A program made the position numbers and the translations under genes. The notes below the pieces were generated by a model, which did no database searches, had not been told where the DNA came from, and was given only the letters and a program-made list of their open reading frames with translations. 64,000 nt of DNA from Trypanosoma brucei (lineage: Eukaryota). Location of the stretch: positions 320,001-384,000 of the forward strand of contig CP000071.1 of the NCBI GenBank assembly GCA_000002445.1, written 5' to 3'. Shown in pieces: positions 53,426 to 61,715 of this stretch. Each line of letters starts with the position of its first letter. Position 1 is the stretch's first letter.

Positions 53426-54421
53426 CTACAGGTCACGTAGGAGTGATGAAATGAGAAGGGTACCATCGCACAGAGCCTCTAGATGCTGAGCCTGTTCCCT
53501 AAGTTGCACCAGTGCCAACATTGTGTCCACTCCACGTGCGGGGGGTACATTGTTTTCATCTCGCTGGTTTCTGGAAGTTTCCCGACTGAGTTTGCCCTCC
53601 AAATCACTTAAGTTTCGCTGTACAGACTCAAGGAGGGCAACCTTGTAATCAGCCATAGAATCAGAGTGATGTACTGTACTGTTGCTTGGCAACGGTGCGA
53701 TATCAATGCCGTTTAGGCAAAAAAGTTGATAAGCATCCACCTCCACCTCCACCTTCACCTCGCGAAGCACACCTTGCTTGGGGACCGAACACGCACGCAG
53801 AAGCCGTGCTTCTTCCTGCATCCCACTCTTCTTGTCAGTCTTTTTGGTTTTTTTGTTCTTTCTGGAAAAGTCGAGAAATGCATCCGTCGGCACGAACGCA
53901 CGAAGGTACAACTTACCCATTAGGCCGGTACGGAAGGGGTCGTAGACAAGAAGCACACTTGGGTGACCGTCAATTGCCAAGTTCGCCAACCGATCAGCTG
54001 TCACAACCGAGTAGGGATCATTCACACAAGCACTGGAAACAATGAAGTAACCTACGCTATAACTGTCTAGGCACTCCTTACGCAGCATCTCCTTTACTTT
54101 CTCGTACATCTTCTGCTGCTGTTTACTCTCGGCCGTGTCATCCCGCTCATCCTCTGCGTCACCAGAAGCTCCCAGGCTGGGAAGAACACTCGTGATGAGA
54201 ATCGTATCCCCTTGTTGAACTCCACAAAGACGTCCGCCGACGGCACTGTGGCACGTGGCATCCTGCGAGAAGCTGCCGAGATGTGTGAGGGCGGGAAATG
54301 ATATGCGAACTTTCTTCGCTGGCGGCAGTTCCACGTGAGAATCACTATCCTTCGCGAATATCGATTCGCCAGTGGGGGCGTCGTCGGAAACGACCTGAAC
54401 CTGCGGAAAACCGTGAAACAT
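53426..54421 (-). CDS. MPN (JAB/Mov34) domain protein with a C-terminal coiled-coil tail, likely translation initiation factor eIF3 subunit h; array copy 1.
   Basis: MPN-like core (GDTILITSVLPS...GYFIVSS...HPSVLLVYDP) and a C-terminal helical region. ATG at 54421 verified. The eIF3h assignment is from fold pattern and memory of a duplicated eIF3h at this locus, so it is an inference. Confidence 0.6.
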   Translation of the reverse strand: MFHGFPQVQVVSDDAPTGESIFAKDSDSHVELPPAKKVRISFPALTHLGSFSQDATCHSAVGGRLCGVQQGDTILITSVLPSLGASGDAEDERDDTAESKQQQKMYEKVKEMLRKECLDSYSVGYFIVSSACVNDPYSVVTADRLANLAIDGHPSVLLVYDPFRTGLMGKLYLRAFVPTDAFLDFSRKNKKTKKTDKKSGMQEEARLLRACSVPKQGVLREVKVEVEVDAYQLFCLNGIDIAPLPSNSTVHHSDSMADYKVALLESVQRNLSDLEGKLSRETSRNQRDENNVPPARGVDTMLALVQLREQAQHLEALCDGTLLISSLLRDL

Positions 54422-55581
54422 TTTCGAGCAAGCGGCTCAAACGTGAAGCGATGGACCCTATCGGTGCTTATTTTAATACCTTAAAACCTGGAAGCCAATG
54501 AAGCAGTTTGTGTCCACATGGGGCGACGGCAGATAATAGCAACATTGAAATTGACAAGAAGAATAGGATGAAAGGAAATTTGTAACAATGAGCAAGACAG
54601 AAGAGAAGCTGCGGCATGCACAACTACGACGGTGGACCCATACACCAGCACACGAATCTCTGATAAATCTTGATCAATTTATAATACTCCGTAAACATTT
54701 TCCGCTCCCGAAGCTTCCCGGAGGTTTCGATAATGGCATACCTTAACGTGTCCTGTGCCCTTTCCTTCACCCCTCCGGAGGGTAAGAAAATAAAGCATCA
54801 AACACCAACCATCAAACCTAAAAAGAATAGTAAAATGATGACAAGAGGGGGGATAGTGTTAGGACATTTAAGATTTACACAAGAAGATGAAAACGCTGGT
54901 TGCTGTGAACAGAAAAAAAACAGAAAACGTATAAAATGGGACGAGTGAGCGGAAGCTAAAACAGTCGCTACGCAGCCCCTTCAATTTAAAAAGAGGAGTA
55001 CGCAGAAGAATATGTAAGTGCGAAGCCCATTAGGAGCGTATGATACATAACATATTATGTATGCAAAAAGTAAAATAGCGAAAAATAACTTCTTTTCTCC
55101 TAAAAAAGGGAAAAAGAAAGCCAATGAAAAGAGAGAAGAGAAAAATGAACGGTGTCGTACACATTTTTTGTATCATTTTCTTTTTGATATTCTCTGTTGC
55201 CCCTCCTCGATGTCACGCGGAGCAAAGGGCCCACCATTCTTATGCATCCTCAGCCATCCACTCCAGTCCCTCACATCAACTGTCATACCACCGCAAAACA
55301 GGGACGAAACGCTTCAAATAAAAGATCTGAGAAATAACGAAATGGGGGGGGTGGAAATGATGCGGTAGGGCAGCAACGGTGGTGTTACCAAAAAATGACC
55401 GTGTGGAAGGAATCCACGCCAAGCTTCCGCACCGCAATTTATTATTAGAAAGAACGCAAAATAACAATAAAAGAGCTTACGAACGGGACTGGAGAACTCT
55501 TCATCCGATCCAAACAAATCATTTAGGAGGAAAAAGTTATTAAAAGATGAGGGGTAAGGTCAGGGTATAAAAGACAAACAT

Positions 55582-58500
55582 TCATACCATCCTTAATGTG
55601 TCATAAAGTTGTCGGGTGGAGCCCCGTTTCATATCGCGATCCGTCCATGCGCGGCGGAATGCATTAACAACACGAGGTTTCTTCACATGCTCTGCCTGAA
55701 GTCTACGCCACCGCGACTGCGCACGCAACCGACCCGCAAGAAGCGAAGAGGCGTCACTTGTCCCGTCCGTCTCCCGCTGCCTCTGCTCCGCAGCCACCGA
55801 AACATCTTTGATGAGGCGAGAGGCACTACCGTCGACATTTCTACTATCTGGTATCAGTGCAAACACAGGTTCCCTGATGCTCACCACCCGGCTCAAAATA
55901 CCCACAACAAGTGAAATGGCAGCAATACCGATACTTACACCCCATTGCTTGATCGAAAGGGGACGGACACCCATAAAGTCGTTAAAGGTGCAGATGGCCA
56001 ACACTTGAAACGCAATGCACGAACCGACGACAACAATAAAAAATACCGACCGACCCATCCCTTCAAACACATTAAGTTCTCGGTACAATTTGCGACAATT
56101 TAACATGTGGAATATAGTGCCGAAAACAAAAACGTTGAATAGAAATGTTCGGTGCAAATGCTTGCCATTCTCATCCTCCCCAAAATACTTTCCACCAAAC
56201 GTGAGCACAGAAAAGAAAGCAGTTAGCTGAACTGTGGCAACGGAAAAAATTGTGAACCACATTCGACGTGAGACAAGGGGAGCTCGGGGGGAAGACGGAC
56301 CACGATTTAAGCAATCCTCTGTCGGTTGCTCCGTTGCGAGAGCAGGGGCCGCAAGTGTGTCCATAAGAAGATTTACCCATAACAGCTGTACAGTCGTTAA
56401 CGGTGAAGACTTACCCTCCCTCACGAGGGTACCTACGACGGTTAATGAAAAACACACCAAATTCACCGTGAACTGTAACTGCAGGAACTTGCGGATGTTG
56501 TCATTCACAGTCCGCCCCCAAACAACGGCACGCTGGACGGAACGGAAGTTGTCGTCTAAAAGCACAATATCACCGGACTTCACCGCTATATCCGTGCCAC
56601 TGCGCATCACAAAACCCACATTTGCAAGACGCAGCGCAGGGGCGTCATTTGTCCCATCACCAGTCACAGCAACGACCTCACCACGGAGCATCAGCATCAG
56701 TACGAGCAGTTGCTTGTCCAGAGGCTGCGAACGCCCCATCACCATCATCCGGTCAAGAACAGGCCAGAACTTCTCCATGTTCGCCTCGTCACCATAAGTG
56801 TCATACACAAGGTTGCGGAAGTCCTTCCCAGTGAGCGCAAGATCACCACGCAGTCGATTGTAAATTCCACATTGCCGAGAAATTGCAACGGCTGTGTCGA
56901 GATTGTCACCCGTACACATCCTCACTGTCACTCCCGCACGCTGGCACATTCGCACAGCATCCACAACCTCTGGACGAAGCGGGTCCTGGATGCCTAATAG
57001 TGCAAGCCACACAAATGGTCCCTCGGGTTCCTCCTCGGGAACCGCACCGTCCGTACCGATACGCCCGTATGCCACGCCGATTGTGCGATTTGCGTCCCCC
57101 GCTATTGACCGTATCTGCTCAGTGATCATCTCAGTTACCTCCTCCGTCAGCGGCTCCTCACGACCCTCTGACGACAAGTATCGGTTGCACATGCCAAGCA
57201 CACGATCAGAGCCCCCTTTCACGTACTGCATCACAACTCCATCCGCACCTGCAACCACAGCAGTCATAAACTTCCGTTCGCTCGTAAAAGGAAAGATGGC
57301 AAAGCCACGGCTGCAGTTTGTCATGCGTAACTTCTGGTGTGGAAGCTCCTTGTCATTACAACTACCCGGTACCGATATCAACACGCGATCCACAAAATCC
57401 AATATCGCTTGGTCAGTTTTGTTGCCCTTGTCGGTACGCCACGTCCATCGAGACAGTAAGTCAGACTCAGCTCCCACATTACCTGGTAAAAGCTCCTTCT
57501 CACTCGAACTATTCAGTGCAAGACCAAGCATTAGTAACGACTGTGCATCACTAGACACACCCTCCAGATTAACCGTGGACGAGGGATCTCCGGGATTCGA
57601 GACACGGAACCGCCGCATCCCAATGTAACCTTGTACCACAGTCATACGATTCTGAGTCAGCGTCCCAGTTTTATCACTGCAAATCTGTGTTGCATTGCCC
57701 ATTGTCTCACAAGCACACAAACGCCTCACCTGATTATTGTCCTTCTGCATCTGGCTCTGTGAGTACGCAAGAGCAATCGTCACCACCAATGGCAAGCCCT
57801 CTGGCACTGCAATAACAACAATCGTCACACAAAGTAGGAGAAAGTTCAGGAACTTCTTCGGGTAAAATTGTTGTTTGTTTGTAGCAATTCGCTCAATTTC
57901 GATGATACAAAGTACTATGAAAAAAAGAACGGCGGATATAATTGCAACTCGAGCGATGAAGCTAACTAAGTTTTGCGACCGCTCCTGCAAGGGAGTCGCC
58001 CTCGGTTCACCGTCGAGACGAGATTCCATTAGCAGCTTTCCACCAAAAGAAGACTCACCGACGGCGCACGCAAGAATGTAAGCATCCTCAGCCGTACTCA
58101 CAACAGTCCCAGAAAGTAAGATTGGATGTTCGGCGCCTTTCTTTTTCAGATCATTCTCGCCAGTCACACTCGACTCATCAACAACAACACTCAAACCACG
58201 TACGTATAAACCATCTACAGGGATAACAAGACCCGGTGACAAGGACACAAGATCACCCACAACAATTTCTGTCACATCCACCGTAACCTTGTGACCATCA
58301 CGAATGACGGAGATTGGCTGAGCAGAGTTCTCCTCCACAAGAGCACGGAATTTCAACTCCTTGCGGTAATCCTGAATAGACGATGCTGAGGTTACTGCAA
58401 TCACGGCCATAAGAATGGCGGTGCCCTCTATCCAACCTGTCTTATAGTCAACCTTCTCGTGTCCGGGTTCCGGCACAGTTAACCCGAGGATAAGCGACAC

Positions 58501-58902
58501 ACATGCGGCAAGGGTCAAAAGTATGATCATGCGGTCACTCCATGCAGTTTTAAAAATCTTCCAGAATGTCAGCGGAGCCTCCTCAGGAAGCTCATTCCTC
58601 CCATACACAGCACGCCGATTCTCTACAGAAAAAGAGTCGATGCCATCTGTTATACTCGTGCCAAGTCGTTCGGCAATACCCTCAACGCCGCCAAGTTCCT
58701 CGTATAGGGGCTTAGCGTCACCGACGCAACTGAACAAGGTGTGAAGCTCTCCCTTAATCCCTATGCCGATACGATCTTCGAGCTCCACCTCCACTGCAAC
58801 GGACCCATCACTTCTGGTAAGGCCAGTGGATAAAAACGCTTGCTTCTCTCGACCGCGGCCGGCAAGTGTACCGTAGTTCGAAGTGTCTTTTGGGGAAATC
58901 AT
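55582..58902 (-). CDS. PMCA/vacuolar-type Ca2+-transporting P-type ATPase, array copy B (1106 aa).
   Basis: Same P-type motifs as copy A. ATG at 58902..58900 (verified; the track start at 58905 is GTG). Nearly identical to copy A over about two thirds of its length, but with a different TM3/TM4 patch and C-terminal region. The length of 1106 aa matches my recollection of TbPMC1, which is unconfirmed. Confidence 0.85.
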   Translation of the reverse strand: MISPKDTSNYGTLAGRGREKQAFLSTGLTRSDGSVAVEVELEDRIGIGIKGELHTLFSCVGDAKPLYEELGGVEGIAERLGTSITDGIDSFSVENRRAVYGRNELPEEAPLTFWKIFKTAWSDRMIILLTLAACVSLILGLTVPEPGHEKVDYKTGWIEGTAILMAVIAVTSASSIQDYRKELKFRALVEENSAQPISVIRDGHKVTVDVTEIVVGDLVSLSPGLVIPVDGLYVRGLSVVVDESSVTGENDLKKKGAEHPILLSGTVVSTAEDAYILACAVGESSFGGKLLMESRLDGEPRATPLQERSQNLVSFIARVAIISAVLFFIVLCIIEIERIATNKQQFYPKKFLNFLLLCVTIVVIAVPEGLPLVVTIALAYSQSQMQKDNNQVRRLCACETMGNATQICSDKTGTLTQNRMTVVQGYIGMRRFRVSNPGDPSSTVNLEGVSSDAQSLLMLGLALNSSSEKELLPGNVGAESDLLSRWTWRTDKGNKTDQAILDFVDRVLISVPGSCNDKELPHQKLRMTNCSRGFAIFPFTSERKFMTAVVAGADGVVMQYVKGGSDRVLGMCNRYLSSEGREEPLTEEVTEMITEQIRSIAGDANRTIGVAYGRIGTDGAVPEEEPEGPFVWLALLGIQDPLRPEVVDAVRMCQRAGVTVRMCTGDNLDTAVAISRQCGIYNRLRGDLALTGKDFRNLVYDTYGDEANMEKFWPVLDRMMVMGRSQPLDKQLLVLMLMLRGEVVAVTGDGTNDAPALRLANVGFVMRSGTDIAVKSGDIVLLDDNFRSVQRAVVWGRTVNDNIRKFLQLQFTVNLVCFSLTVVGTLVREGKSSPLTTVQLLWVNLLMDTLAAPALATEQPTEDCLNRGPSSPRAPLVSRRMWFTIFSVATVQLTAFFSVLTFGGKYFGEDENGKHLHRTFLFNVFVFGTIFHMLNCRKLYRELNVFEGMGRSVFFIVVVGSCIAFQVLAICTFNDFMGVRPLSIKQWGVSIGIAAISLVVGILSRVVSIREPVFALIPDSRNVDGSASRLIKDVSVAAEQRQRETDGTSDASSLLAGRLRAQSRWRRLQAEHVKKPRVVNAFRRAWTDRDMKRGSTRQLYDTLRMV

Positions 58903-59554
58903 CACTCCCTCAAAACTTTCCCTCCCACTCGGTCACACTTCGCGCAACCAAACGTTACTTTATCCTGTACTCGCTTTGGGCCACTCAACAACAATCCAGA
59001 AATATCACCTACCTGTATCGCAAATGACACCTAACGTTATTCTCATTATTTTTCAAAACTGCATTTGATATAATTGTTACAAGTCAATGAAGGGAAAGAA
59101 AGAGACAGGGAAAGGGAGTGACAGAAGTGTTCCTAAGTGGTTAATTGAACATGACTTTTGAGTCACGTAAGGAAAGAAAGGTGAACACAAAAGCATCCAC
59201 TGGTCTTCCCCCTCCCTTTCTACACCTAATATTCCCTAATCGGCCTCTTCCGTTAATATTACCTGCGCGTCACCGAAAGTACAGAAGGGTGAAGTGGGGC
59301 CCCTTGCACAGACGTATGCGAACTGCCGGTTCACAGGCACACCATGAAACCATTAACCTTATCCTGTTTCTTACTTCACACAACAATTTCTCTTACGCTT
59401 ACTTTCAGTCCGGCTGCTTCATCCTCATGAAGAAGCAGTTATGCACTTCCGCATTACTTGGTAATATTTGGTTGTTGTTATTGCTCCCCTTCGCTTTCAT
59501 TTATCACCAATGACCACAGGCTGTTCACTGTAGAGTTGCTTCTCAGGTACATAC

Positions 59555-60550
59555 CTACAGGTCACGTAGGAGTGATGAAATGAGAAGGGTACCATCGCAC
59601 AGAGCCTCTAGATGCTGAGCCTGTTCCCTAAGTTGCACCAGTGCCAACATTGTGTCCACTCCACGTGCGGGGGGTACATTGTTTTCATCTCGCTGGTTTC
59701 TGGAAGTTTCCCGACTGAGTTTGCCCTCCAAATCACTTAAGTTTCGCTGTACAGACTCAAGGAGGGCAACCTTGTAATCAGCCATAGAATCAGAGTGATG
59801 TACTGTACTGTTGCTTGGCAACGGTGCGATATCAATGCCGTTTAGGCAAAAAAGTTGATAAGCATCCACCTCCACCTCCACCTTCACCTCGCGAAGCACA
59901 CCTTGCTTGGGGACCGAACACGCACGCAGAAGCCGTGCTTCTTCCTGCATCCCACTCTTCTTGTCAGTCTTTTTGGTTTTTTTGTTCTTTCTGGAAAAGT
60001 CGAGAAATGCATCCGTCGGCACGAACGCACGAAGGTACAACTTACCCATTAGGCCGGTACGGAAGGGGTCGTAGACAAGAAGCACACTTGGGTGACCGTC
60101 AATTGCCAAGTTCGCCAACCGATCAGCTGTCACAACCGAGTAGGGATCATTCACACAAGCACTGGAAACAATGAAGTAACCTACGCTATAACTGTCTAGG
60201 CACTCCTTACGCAGCATCTCCTTTACTTTCTCGTACATCTTCTGCTGCTGTTTACTCTCGGCCGTGTCATCCCGCTCATCCTCTGCGTCACCAGAAGCTC
60301 CCAGGCTGGGAAGAACACTCGTGATGAGAATCGTATCCCCTTGTTGAACTCCACAAAGACGTCCGCCGACGGCACTGTGGCACGTGGCATCCTGCGAGAA
60401 GCTGCCGAGATGTGTGAGGGCGGGAAATGATATGCGAACTTTCTTCGCTGGCGGCAGTTCCACGTGAGAATCACTATCCTTCGCGAATATCGATTCGCCA
60501 GTGGGGGCGTCGTCGGAAACGACCTGAACCTGCGGAAAACCGTGAAACAT
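59555..60550 (-). CDS. MPN-domain protein (eIF3h-like), array copy 2, with protein identical to 53426..54421.
   Basis: Identical 331-aa translation. ATG at 60550 verified. The longer overlapping ORF 60223..60729(-) is in another frame and is an artefact. Confidence 0.6.
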   Translation of the reverse strand: MFHGFPQVQVVSDDAPTGESIFAKDSDSHVELPPAKKVRISFPALTHLGSFSQDATCHSAVGGRLCGVQQGDTILITSVLPSLGASGDAEDERDDTAESKQQQKMYEKVKEMLRKECLDSYSVGYFIVSSACVNDPYSVVTADRLANLAIDGHPSVLLVYDPFRTGLMGKLYLRAFVPTDAFLDFSRKNKKTKKTDKKSGMQEEARLLRACSVPKQGVLREVKVEVEVDAYQLFCLNGIDIAPLPSNSTVHHSDSMADYKVALLESVQRNLSDLEGKLSRETSRNQRDENNVPPARGVDTMLALVQLREQAQHLEALCDGTLLISSLLRDL

Positions 60551-61715
60551 TTTCGAGCAAGCGGCTCAAACGTGAAGCGATGGACCCTATCGGTGCTTCT
60601 CTCAACATACGCACCTAAAACCCGGAAGCCAATGAAGCAGTTTGTGTCCACATGGGGCGACGGCAGATAATAGCAACATTGAAATTGACAAGAAGAATAG
60701 GATGAAAGGAAATTTGTAACAATGAGCAAGACAGAAGAGAAGCTGCGGCATGCACAACTACGACGGTGGACCCATACACCAGCACACGAATCTCTGATAA
60801 ATCTTGATCAATTTATCATACTCCGTAAACATTTTCCGCTCCCGAAGCTTCCCGGAGGTTTCGATAATGGCATACCTTAACGTGTCCTGTGCCCTTTCCT
60901 TCACCCCTCCGGAGGGTAAGAAAATAAAGCATCAAACACCAACCATCAAACCTAAAAAGAATAGTAAAATGATGACAAGAGGGGGGATAGTGTTAGGACA
61001 TTTAAGATTTACACAAGAAGATGAAAACGCTGGTTGCTGTGAACAGAAAAAAAACAGAAAACGTATAAAATGGGACGAGTGAGCGGAAGCTAAAACAGTC
61101 GCTACGCAGCCCCTTCAATTTAAAAAGAGGAGTACGCAGAAGAATATGTAAGTGCGAAGCCCATTAGGAGCGTATGATACATAACATATTATGTATGCAA
61201 AAAGTAAAATAGCGAAAAATAACTTCTTTTCTCCTAAAAAAGGGAAAAAGAAAGCCAATGAAAAGAGAGAAGAGAAAAATGAACGGTGTCGTACACATTT
61301 TTTGTATCATTTTCTTTTTGATATTCTCTGTTGCCCCTCCTCGATGTCACGCGGAGCAAAGGGCCCACCATTCTTATGCATCCTCAGCCATCCACTCCAG
61401 TCCCTCACATCAACTGTCATACCACCGCAAAACAGGGACGAAACGCTTCAAATAAAAGATCTGAGAAATAACGAAATGGGGGGGGTGGAAATGATGCGGT
61501 AGGGCAGCAACGGTGGTGTTACCAAAAAATGACCGTGTGGAAGGAATCCACGCCAAGCTTCCGCACCGCAATTTATTATTAGAAAGAACGCAAAATAACA
61601 ATAAAAGAGCTTACGAACGGGACTGGAGAACTCTTCATCCGATCCAAACAAATCATTTAGGAGGAAAAAGTTATTAAAAGATGAGGGGTAAGGTCAGGGT
61701 ATAAAAGACAAACAT

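Noticed and set aside
60223-60729. Minus-strand ORF of 168 aa overlapping the 5' end of MPN copy 2.
   Set aside because: Alternative frame. It is not present for MPN copy 1 because of small indels in the spacer, and it has no motifs.
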